Of a stretch of 64,000 bases of DNA, positions 49,446-61,076 are shown in pieces (position 1 is the first letter of the stretch; the number at the start of each line of letters is the position of its first letter). This DNA is from Macrostomum lignano (Eukaryota). The stretch spans positions 62,001 through 126,000 of the forward strand of contig NIVC01001752.1 of the NCBI GenBank assembly GCA_002269645.1. The letters are read 5' to 3'. The notes under the pieces are model-generated. The model was given only the letters and a program-made list of their open reading frames with translations, was not told where the DNA came from and ran no database searches. The translations under genes and the position numbers were made by a program.

Positions 49446-50692
49446 TCTTAAACTTGCTGGCCCCTCTGCCTTAACAAATCTCTGGCGTCCTTTTATGAAG
49501 TAAGTGTTATCGACAGTCTGTCCTGAATTTTCTTCTTGAATCTAACTTTTGCACTTAAGTTAAAGAAAAAACCCAGAAGTAAGCCATCAAATAAATTTTG
49601 TGCATTCACGCATTTATTATTCATATATGTCAGTGGCAAAGTTAATTATAGAATTATATATTATAGATGTTAATCGCAGCACACTGAATCGTTGCGCTCG
49701 CTCCCGCTGTTCATGCGATAAAGCATGATCGCAAAAGTTAGCGGACACATTTTAAACAAGTTGGATAGATAAAAGAGACACAAACAGAGTCAGTTAGGCA
49801 TACCATAGGAAAGAAACAAACAAAAAACGACACAAGAATGATAAAAAGACATTAGAGTCAAAGCGCAAATAAATGTAAACACGTGCAACATACCACTCTG
49901 CTACTACTTAGAATATTAGTCAGCAAAGTAGTGCACAAAGAACAACACGCGTTCGCTTTTCATGCATTGTTTTAAAAAGCGTTTTTTCAAGTTTTGTACA
50001 AAAGTTTTTATTTATTCAGAAAAAAACTGATTACCATCGGCAATAATTGTAGAAGCTGACACTGATAATTAAGTCGGTGCCAAAAAACAGACATTATTTG
50101 ATTTATTATTAATACATGTGGAATCGGGAATCAAAAGTATAATATATAGCACATTCATTAGTAATCAACAAGCAATTCATAAAGACTTTTTTTAAAAGGG
50201 AGAAAAAGTTACATTGGCAATAAAAATATTATGTTCCACAGACAGACAAGCGTGGGGATTAACTATCGAATAACTCACTGGGATAGCGGTTACGGGGGGG
50301 GGCTCAGACTCTGCTCAAATGTATCTCGCATTACACAGTAAATTATTAGAACTGAAGGAAATGAGACAAATGTTTGTCCAGTTTCACATCACTAACAGAT
50401 CAATAATAGGAAGATGCTCAATATATAATCATTAAGTTTGAATTGAAAGGCATAGAATATAGACACGGTGAAAATAATTAAAATTATTAAATTTGCATAG
50501 AAAGGAAAACTGAGTCAAAACTAAAAACTACAAAACACGATTAGCAGTGTAATAACAACAAAACAAAGGAAAACAGGCTTAAAATATACACTAAAACAAA
50601 AAAAGTTAAACAAAAAATCTAAAAAATCCGAGGGATGTTGCAAAAGCTTTCTGGACTGTGTTTCTTTCGCTGTGTAAAACAATTTGACATCC

Positions 50693-50950
50693 TGGGTCGG
50701 GGGTTCGATTCTTGACCCACTCGGAACAATTAAATATTTGTGTCCTTGAGCAAGACACTTATCTCTGCATTGCTTCAGTTCACACAGCTGTAAATTGGGT
50801 GCCAGCATTAGCTGGGGTAATTGACGGTGTGTGTGGCGACCCCCCAGTCCTTGGACTGAACAGCCGTACGCAGCCTTCAGATGCGCCGCGCAAATAGCTG
50901 CGGCTGAGCTGTCGGTTGCACATCTGGCCCAACTGTGGCAGGTGTAAACA
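50693..50950 (+). mobile_element. CORE-SINE family A, 5'-truncated
   Basis: GGTTCGATTC B box, then GTGTCCTTGAGCAAGACACTTATCTCTGCATTGCTTCAGTTCACACAGCTGTAAATTGGG and the shared tail. Confidence 0.85.
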
Positions 50951-51605
50951 ATTATTAATTATGATAATTCAATCAATCAGTAAACGTACAATCCACGAAA
51001 AATGATGCAGCACCCCTCGTATTAACTAAATATTAAAACATCAACAACAGAATTCAGAATGATTCATAAAGATTTTATCTCATTGAAAATCAAACGCACA
51101 ATTATTTTTTCTCAGAAATGATTTCAAAAACGAATCAAAATTCAATCAAAACAATCTCAAATACGTATACAGCTATTGAATCATAAAGCATAAAAATTCT
51201 AGAATAAAAACTGACAAAAAGCGGCTATCAACCTAAAAAGCAAGCAAGCGAATAAGCGAATACCATAGAAGACGCGGAGTTGATAAGCATTCAATTTTAA
51301 TTATATAAAAACAAATGATTATATTGAAATAGTAGACTAATAAAAATCGCTTACAGAGGTACACACTGATTAAACTTTCTTCTTTTCTGCAACCAACACA
51401 AAATCAATTGTTGCTAAAAAGTTTTTGATTTATAACACCGTGAAGTCACTTTTTTTAATAACTCGTAACTCTGCATTTACCATTTCTTTTTCATTGCAAT
51501 TGAAAGAATTATATTCTGTCAGAAAGAATTAATCTGACAGAATCAGACTGTGCGGCAGCAGAAATCCTTTTCAATGAGCGCAAAGACAAGTCAGGCGAAG
51601 TTCAC

Positions 51606-54386
51606 TCAAGATTCCTCATCCTCTTCTTCATCCTCTTCTTCATCATCGTCTCCGCCCTGCATCTTGTTGGTGCCCCTGTCGCTATCAGTGTCCTGGAACC
51701 GGAACTCCGGTCCGGCCATATCGATGGCCCATTGAAATTTCTCACGCTGCGTTTTGTTATAAACTTTCTCAACTGGAACGTTGAACCGGCGGCACCAGGC
51801 CACCGTGATGCGCGGGTCCAGGTAGTTTAGCTTGGACGTGCCCAGTGCAATCTCTTTGTTCTCGTCTTTGTCCGTCTTTTGCACTTTTAGCTTGAGCAGC
51901 TGATCTTCTAGGCGACGTAGGGCGGCCTTCTTCTTTTCGTAGGCCTGGTGAATATTCGATAAGATTGGCATTTTGTCTTAATAGTCTAATTAGCCTTCAA
52001 GCTTTTAAATTAGGATAAAAATAGTCGGAGATACACATAAACTGGGGTCATGACCTCGGAGATAACACCTAAACTGGGGTCATGACCTCGGAGATAACAC
52101 CTAAACTGGGGCCATGACCTCGGAGATAACACCTAAACTGGGGCCATGACCTCGGAGATAACACCTAAACTGGGGTCATGACCTCGGAGATAACACCTAA
52201 ACTGGGGTCATGACCTCGGAGATAACACCTAAACTGGGGTCATGACCTCGGAGATAACACCTAAACTGGGGCCATGACCTCGGAAATAACACCTAAACTG
52301 GGGCCATGACCTCGGAGATAACTACACTAGGGTCATAAACTCGGAGATAACTACACTAGGGTCATGACCTCTGAGACAACTACACTAGGGTTATGACCTC
52401 GGGGATACCAAAGTGTCAAAGTGCAAGAGTCCAGAGACAACTTCCATTTCACACAAAACTTACCTGTTTATTCTTGACGCTCTTCTGCCTCTTAGCAACC
52501 ACCTTAGCTGCCTTAGCCTCACGTTTAGCTGCCTTGACCGCTTTCTCTTTCTCTTCCACCTTTTTGTTGAGATTCTCCATTGACTTCTCGAAAGTCTTGG
52601 GCACGGCGCGCTGGTGATTGCAGAGTATGGCCACCTCGCGATTGGCCCGATTGTAGCTGAGAATCTTGGCGGCAACCGGTTCTTCGGGATTAGTGAGCTT
52701 GTCCAGCTGCTCCTCCAGCGTCTTACTGGCGTTGTACGTCCTGAACACCTTGGCGGTTAGACCGTCCATGAGCTCTTTGAGATGAGCATTCAATATGCTA
52801 GTGTTCAGCCGGTCAAACAAGTCGTCGCCCTCCTTCTTATTCTCCATAAAGAGGCGCAGATTTTTGAAGACCCGCTTCTCAACAGGCACTGCATTGTTGT
52901 ACCGAATCGAGTCTTTGCCAAGAAAGTCGAATTCGACAACGTAATTGCCCATCTCCGGATGCTGCTTGTGCAGCTTGATGTGCTCGTAGCGCAGCGAGCA
53001 GCATCCAACAGTATCCGCTTCATCGTCATCCTTTTCATTACCAGCACGAAGCGCCAATTTGTCAATAAAGTACAGAGCAACAGCCCTCTGCCTGAGGCGC
53101 ATCTCTTTGCTCTTTAAATCAGCTCGATACTGCGACCGGATCTTATCCACAACTTTGTGCAACTGTCTGGCTGTTTCGTACTTTTTCCAATCTTTTTCGC
53201 CTTTCAACCGACTGGCGGCATTCAGCATGACGTACTTGAAGTTGCCCTGCACATTCTCTACCCAGCAAGCTAACCAGCTGACCGTGTTATCGTGACGGAC
53301 CTCCTTCCACTTGCGACCGTCTGGCGGTTTGGGCACTTTCGAGTCTTTGCTACAGTTAATAATGACATCCTCCGGACGGACTCGCCTCTTTAGTTTGCCC
53401 ATTTTCGGATGATTACCCCGACCGCGGAACAGGCCGGGCGGTTCGATGCGAAAGTTAGCAATCTTCTGCTTGTGCCCATCCAGGGTGCACACTCCGTACT
53501 CTTTCATCAGGCGCTCATTCTCCTGTTTGAGTTTGAGTTTCTCCTCTTTACTGCGATTCTTGCGCTCCTCAGCCTGCTGAGTGAAGTACCGATGCATCTC
53601 TTTAAAGTCGCACTTCTTTAGGGACTTGATACGCTTCTGCTCGTCGTGAGTCATCACCGAGCGCCAGTCCTGGAAGAAATTATTATTGAACACATCCTTG
53701 CTAGTGTAGTCATGGTCCAGCATTCTGGCGTAGAAGCCAGCCACCTCCTCAGCCTCCGGCGACAACTGCATCGGTTCGCCATCGTAGTAGAATTTCACCG
53801 ATTTGGGCAGCGGCTCGTAAGCGGGCGCGAACACCGGACCTTTGTGCTCGAGAAATTTCCACTTGGAACCGTCGCTAGGTTTGGCCTCCTCCCACCAGCG
53901 CCAGACTTCCGGCTCGTCTGGCTTGCCTTCCTTCTTCACGGGCTTTTTGTCCTTATTAACTGTCGGCTTGGACTTCTCTTTAGCCTTGGCAGCGAGGCGC
54001 TCCTTTTCTTTCTCCTTCTCACGTCGCTTCTCTTTCTCCAGTTTCTTTTTCTTCTTCAACTCTCTCCTAGCCGCAGCCGAGGCTGATGACGAAGACGCTT
54101 CAACGCCGTTGGATTCAATCGGCTCCTTTTTGACCTTCTTGCTAGACGGTTGGTCGCCGTTGGCTTCGGCGGAAGCTTTACCGTCAGACGAGGCGCCAGC
54201 AGTAGCGGCAGCGGCTGACGACGACTGCTCCGACGAAGGCGTCGGCGGCGGAGACGCTTTCCGCTTGGCGACGTTGAACTTCTTAGCTAGAGGCACGTCA
54301 TCATCACTGCTGCTGGTATTGCCGTTTTTGAAATCGCCGGAACCGCCTGGCGCCAGCATCGGCTCGCGTTTCACAGCAGCGGACAT
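51606..54386 (-). CDS. TOP1: DNA topoisomerase I (type IB), 2 exons, about 753 aa
   Basis: Exon 52464-54386 (donor GTAAGT) joins exon 51606-51944 (acceptor CACCAG) in phase 0. Motifs: [49 protein letters not shown] and catalytic SKLNYLDPR. Confidence 0.98.
52040..52400. repeat. 32-bp minisatellite CTGGGGTCATGACCTCGGAGATAACACCTAAA (TOP1 intron)
   Basis: About 11 copies filling the only TOP1 intron. Confidence 0.94.
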
Positions 54387-55453
54387 GCTTTTATTTTAAT
54401 AACAAAAACTGCTGTCTGCTGTGTCCGAATTTGAGATGCTAGTACTTTTAGAGTAGACTAGAAGAGGAGCCTGGATAGATAAGACGCTGTTATGCTAGAG
54501 TCTACTCAAATTTAGTTTAGCAACAACAACAATAACAACAGCGGGATACGGAACAGCATGAATTGATAACACAAAGTTGAATATGACTAATAATGATAAT
54601 ATCAACTGAGCCTACCTACTTATATAGTAATGACTGGAGTTAATTACTGCACTAATCGTTAGGCATGTACAATTTTACACTTTCTGTGCCTTGGGGATTG
54701 GCCTATTCTATTTCTATACTTTTAAGGTATATAAAAGATACAAGATGAAAACAAACAGTTATAATTTGCACCGTCAAACTGACCAAAATTGACCACTTTA
54801 TTGTAGTTAAATAAATCATAACCACACAAGGGAGAGAGAAAATAATCGGGGACGGCAAAGGTTGTTTCTTGGAAAATATATTTTTGAAGGCTGACTTTAT
54901 CCAATTAAGTTATAGGGATAAATATTATATACTATAGGAGATATAACAATCTTTTAATCAAGCTAATCTCTTAATAAACAAATTAATATAAATATACACA
55001 TATCATAAACATCAACAATCAACACCGACACACAAAAAGACAAATTAACATAAATAGGAGAGAAAAGGGCAACTTATCGATTATGTACTGAAGAATCAAG
55101 CAATGTATTATGCTAGACGTATCGTCACATACTAGATATAGTATTAAAAAACGAAACATACTCTATATAAACTGATCATGAAGTATGCGTTACAATCAAG
55201 GCAATCATATGTACTCAAATCACTAGCCTAGAGATACTGCGAAGCATACAAGTCATTAGCATTATTATATTATTATTGGCACTCAGTAGTATAGGCGTAA
55301 AATAACTTGTTACTATACTACTTAAGCTAATGAGTAGTATCCACTTGAAATTAAACAACCACAAAATCGCGATTGCAGGAACTCATTATAGGCATAGGAA
55401 ACGTCTCTCTAACTACTACTCAGAATATACTACTGATTAGGAAAAAAAGTAGT

Positions 55454-58400
55454 TCAAGAATTCACGGAAGCTGCGGGTTTCGCAGAGCCTCCGCCGCCGC
55501 CGGTAGCTCCTCCGGCAGGTTGTTTCTCTTCGATCTGTTTGCCCAGATACTCCCTGGCAACGAATTTAGTAGTTAAAAATAAACATTATCAGCGTGTTCA
55601 AAAGACCAAATTCAAAATTCAAATTAAACAAGATATCCAACTTGGGTAAGACTGCTTACCAATTATGAACCATAATTTTCTGCACTGCAATGAGAGCATT
55701 GTAACGAACATTTGGATCTTCGCTAGACAGCATCTTCATCACCAGCTCTTTGGCGCCGAGCTGCTCAATCACTCTGGAATTTGAGTCAATTGTGCATTTT
55801 TAAAGTTTATGTTATGTTTTGGACTGATACTGCTGCGAATTAGCGGTGGCTCATAACATGGCACTTAAATTAATGATCATGCTAAGGTACTCTAGGGAGA
55901 CCTGTAACAATGGTCCACTCATATAGGCTGGGCATACTATGACACTCGTATAGGCTCATACCATGACACTCGTATAGGCTCATACTATGACACTCGTATA
56001 GGCTCATACTATGACGCTCATACGGAATCAGACTATGACGCTCATACAGCCTCATACTATGACACTCGTATAGGCTCATACTATGACACTCGCATAGGCT
56101 CATACTATGACACTCGTATAGGCTCATACTATGACACTCGTATAGGCTCATACTATGACACTCGTATAGGCTCATACTATGACACTCGTATAGGCTCATC
56201 CTATGACACTCGTATAGGCTCATACTATGACACTCGTATAGCCTCATACTATGACACTCGTATAGGCTCATACCATGACACTCGTATAGGCTCATACTAT
56301 GACACTCGTATAGGCTCATACTATGACGCTCATACGGAATCAGACTATGACGCTCATACAGCCTCATACTATGACGCTCATACGGAATCAGACTATGACG
56401 CTCATATAGGCTCATACTATGACACTCATACAGCCTCATACTATGACGCTCATACGGAATCAGACTATGACGCTCATTAAGGCTCATACAATCACGTTCG
56501 TTAAGGCTTATACTATGACGCTCATATAAGCCCAAACCATGACACTTATACAGGCTTATATTATGACGCTCATTAAGGCTCATACTATGACGCTGATAAA
56601 CAGAATTATATTATATGACGCTCCTTAAGAATGTAATTCTAAATTTATAACTCTTTTATAACTCGAAAAAACTCACACAATGAAAATGAAAGGATTATAC
56701 AATAACCAGGATAAGAGGGAGGCTCATCTATAATAATAAGCCAGCACTCACGTCTTGCCCCTGGGATAATGCCGGACATACTCGCCAACATCGTGAGCAG
56801 CCACGCACAGCACTAGCGAATCCTTGCTGCTCTCTAGCAATCGAACAAGAATCTTCAACAGTTCATAGTTGCGCTCATTCAGTCTGATGGCATTCTCGCG
56901 CCAGAACCGCTCAGACTTGTGCACCGGACTCCACTCAAGCCGGCCAGCCTTCAGCTCGCTGGCATACTCATCGAACGAGCTCAAATCGTGAATAGAATTG
57001 CTCAATACCTCAACAAGATATTTGAGATCATCTTCGTGCTCAATATCGTCGTACTTCTTCTGGGCTAAGAGTTCAACCTGTTTGAGCACTTTGCAGTGAA
57101 CCATGGCCAGAGCGCTCTCCTGGGTGAGCTGGGAGTCGGCCGGCTTCTCAAGCAGATGACGAAAGAATGCGCACACAATGCGGTTCACCTTCTCCTTCTC
57201 GGATTCGCACAGGATGTCTGCGCAGATTGGGATCAGGTTGTACCTGCGGAGTGGGGTGAAGTTAATTGGGATAGTTAGTTATAATCAGCTACTCATTTAT
57301 GCAGCAGTAGTATCAATAGAATATAGTAGGAAAATAGTATTATATACTGGGTGCTGTGTGCACCCTAGCGCACTTTAACCGACATTGTCTCACAACCAGC
57401 GAGAGGCATTACTGCCTATTCCGCAGGAGTGTACAGCGGCCCCAAATTTATATTATCGTTAGACATGTACACTTCACTGTGCCTTGGGGGTTGGCCCTAA
57501 AGGGCGTTAATTGCACGAGCAGAGCCAAGTGGAGATTCCAATTCAGCCCCAAATTAATGCGACTGCACTTGGAATCGAGCCTGGGCCGCTAGCACATCAG
57601 AGCGCCGCGTTAGACAGCTGGGCTACGGCCCCTTAGTAGTATATAGATACTACTTAGTAAGTATTCTCGTAGATGTGCAACCGACAGCTCAGCCGCAGCT
57701 ATTTGCGCGGCGCATCTGAAGGCTGCGTACGGCTGTTCAGTCCAAGCACTGGGGGGGTCCCCACACTCACCCTCAATTACCCCAGCTAATGCTGGCACCC
57801 ATTTTACAGCTGGGTGAACTGAAGCAATGCAGAGATAAGTGTCTTGCTCAAGGAATGACACAAAGTGTTCCCGAGTGGGTGGAGAATCGAACCCCCGACC
57901 TTTCAGTGGTGAGTCGGACGCTCTAACCACTAGGCTATAACTTCCCTTTACAAGAATTAGTGGTATTGCTAGTGTTTTTATAATAGCAGTAGCATGAATA
58001 AGTATTAGACGCACTACTAATAATGAAGAGTAGTATGCCTATCGATTCTTTCAACAATTCAACAATTACAATAACAAAGGCAACTAACTTTTTCATCCTG
58101 GCAACAATGTCGGCATCGAAGCTTAAGCACCACAGGCAGAACACCAGCTGGTATTGAATCTGATAATTCACTTTGCCGCTGAGCACGTTGGCTAGAGTGC
58201 CAATGCCGTCAATATCGCAGAACACCTGCCTATACTGGCTCACCCGTAGCAGCATTTGAAGGCAGCGAGCTACCGTCTGTAGGTATTCGTTTGACTGGGG
58301 AAGTGGGTAGATTAAATTTGTACTTTTAATATATCGTAATCAAAACATATTGAATATCCACTAATGAGATAGAGCAAATTATCTCATAATCCATAAAAGA

Positions 58401-60422
58401 GATGGATAGTCAGGATATAGAGATGGATAATGAGGATAGACAGTGAGTTAGAGATGTATAATGAGAATAGACAGTGAGATAGAGATGGATAATAAGGATA
58501 GACAGTGAGATAAAGATGTATAATGAGAATAGACAGTGAAATGAGATGGATACTGAGGATAGACAGTGAGATAGAGATGGATAATGAGAATAGAAAGAGA
58601 TAAAGATAGATAATGAGAATAGACAATGAGATAAAGATGGATAATGAGAATAGACAGTGAGATAGAGATAGATAATGAGAATAGACAGTGAGATAGAGAT
58701 AGATAATGAGGATAGACAGTGAGTTAGAGATGGATAGTGAGAATAGACAGTGAGATAAAGATGGATAATGAGGATAGACAGTGAGATAGAGATGGATAAT
58801 GAGGATAGAAAGTGAGATAGAGATGGATAAATGAGGATAGACAGTGAGATAAAGATGGATAATGAGGATAGACAGTGAGATAGAGATGGATAATGAGGAT
58901 AGAAAGTGAGATAGAGATGGATAAATGAGGATAGACAGTGAGATAGAGATGGATAATGAGGATAGACAGTGAGTTAGAGATGGATAATGAGAATAGACAG
59001 TGAGATAAAGATGGATAATGAGGATAGACAGTGAGATAGAGATGGATAATGAGGATAGACAGTAAGATAGAGATGGATAATGAGGAAAGACAGTGAGATA
59101 GAGATGGATAATGAGGAAAGACAGTGAGATAGAGATGGATAATGAGGATAGACAGTGAGATAGAGATGGATAATGAGGAAAGACAGTGAGATAGAGATAG
59201 ATAATGAGAATAGACAGTGAGATAGAGATGGATAAATGAGGATAGACAGTGAGATAGAGATGGATAATGAGGATAGACAGTGAGGTAGAGATGGATAATG
59301 AGGATAGACAGTGAGATAGAGATGGATAATAAGGATAGACAGTGAGATAAAGATGGATAATGAGGATAGACAGTGAGATAGAGATGGATAATGAGGATAG
59401 ACAGTAAGATAGAGATGGATAATGAGGAAAGACAGTGAGATAGAGATGGATAATGAGGAAAGACAGTGAGATAGAGATGGATAATGAGGATAGACAGTGA
59501 GATAGAGATGGATAATGAGAAAAGACAGTGAGATAGAGATGGATAATGAGGATAGACAGTGAGATAGAGATGGATAATGAGGATAGACAGTGAGATAGAG
59601 ATGGATAATGAGAATAGACAGTGAGATAGAGATGGATAATGAGAATAGACAGTGAGATAGAGATGGTAATGAGAATAGACAGTGAGATAGAGATGGATAA
59701 ATGAGGATAGACAGTGAGATAGAGATGGATAATGAGGATAGACAGTGAGATAGAGATGGATAATGAGAATAGACAGTGAGATAGAGATAGATAATGAGGA
59801 TACACAAAAGATAAGCACAGGCATCTCACAGGAATTCTGAGCTGCTCATTCAGCCAGTTAAGATAGTGCACCAAGTCAGTCTGCTCCATCAGCCGGCTGC
59901 CCCAGCAGGCGAACTTGGCCACAATCCTGGACGCCTGGTTAACAATAAAGCCGTCCTGCCGGTGCAGCAGCGAGAAGAACGGACTCCAGACGTTCTCTTT
60001 GCGCTGCTCCATGTAGCGTTTAAACACATCGACGCGAGTTTTCTCTTCTTGAAGCAAATCGTCCAGCAAAGTGAGCACGTATTGCACAGTTTGATCCTTT
60101 GAGATCTTAGCTAGCATGGAGAAAAATGTGCGAGCGAACTGATCCGAGTTGGCCTCCAGTAGGGCTTTGCGCTGCTCGGGGACGGCCGAGAGAGACTCCA
60201 GCTTCACCATGAAGTCGTAGTCTTCGGGGTCGATCATCTGGCCTCTGCTCGGGGTCAGGGGAGGTGAGGGGCGCTGGGCCTGACTTGCGGGACTTGAAAT
60301 TGGAGGGATTGTCATGTGGGAAAAGAGGTGACCTGGCATGCTCAGATTGAATTAGACTAAGACAGGCCGATCTAGAGTAGACAGAAAGACGGGCAGACAG
60401 ACAGACACACAGAGAGACAGAC

Positions 60423-60455
<33 letters not shown>

Positions 60456-60458
60456 CAC

Positions 60459-60538
<80 letters not shown>

Positions 60539-60576
60539 GCAGACACTAAGATAGACAGACAGACAGACACACACAC

Positions 60577-60648
<72 letters not shown>

Positions 60649-60710
60649 CAAGATAGACAGACAGACAGACACTAAGACATACAGACAGACAGACACTCTG
60701 ACAGACACTA

Positions 60711-60784
<74 letters not shown>

Positions 60785-60824
60785 GCAGACACTAAGATAG
60801 ACAGACAGACAGACACACACACAC

Positions 60825-60864
<40 letters not shown>

Positions 60865-60926
60865 CAAGATAGACAGACAGACAGACACTAAGACATACAG
60901 ACAGACAGACACTCTGACAGACACTA

Positions 60927-60972
<46 letters not shown>

Positions 60973-61076
60973 GAAGCTGTTAAAAGATCAACTCACTGTA
61001 GGTAGGACTGCCAGTTAATGCGGGTGTTGCGCACCTCATTGGCCCGGTGTTGTAACTGGTTTGTGGCAGCATACAT
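55454..61076 (-). CDS. ATP6V1H: V-type proton ATPase subunit H (6 coding exons, about 468 aa)
   Basis: Exons 60997-61076, 59830-60244, 58089-58294, 56752-57243, 55660-55773 and 55454-55553. All have GT-AG boundaries with compatible phases (1407 nt total). The translation carries V1H motifs: [57 protein letters not shown] and [14 protein letters not shown]. Confidence 0.96.
55925..56590. repeat. 24-bp minisatellite CATACTATGACACTCGTATAGGCT (ATP6V1H intron 4)
   Basis: Source of the MSLYECHS pseudo-ORF. Confidence 0.94.
57347..57633 (-). mobile_element. tRNA-derived SINE, family B, copy 2
   Basis: Collinear with 15512-15868. Probable 12-bp TSD TAGTA(T/G)TATATA at 57335-57346 and 57634-57645. 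Confidence 0.82.
57670..57936 (-). mobile_element. CORE-SINE family A, near full length
   Basis: TAGCCTAGTGGTTAGAGCG A box, GGTTCGATTC B box, CORE and tail. Confidence 0.87.
58400..59800. repeat. 31-bp minisatellite GATAATGAGGATAGACAGTGAGATAGAGATG (ATP6V1H intron 2)
   Basis: About 45 copies. Confidence 0.95.
60380..60968. repeat. (AGAC)n array with an internal duplication (ATP6V1H intron 1)
   Basis: Visible directly. Confidence 0.94.

Noticed and set aside
57880-57936. tRNA-like A/B box sequences (also at about 7410-7470, 15810-15868 and 16160-16224)
   Set aside because: They are SINE heads that continue into CORE or family B bodies, with no complete acceptor stem.
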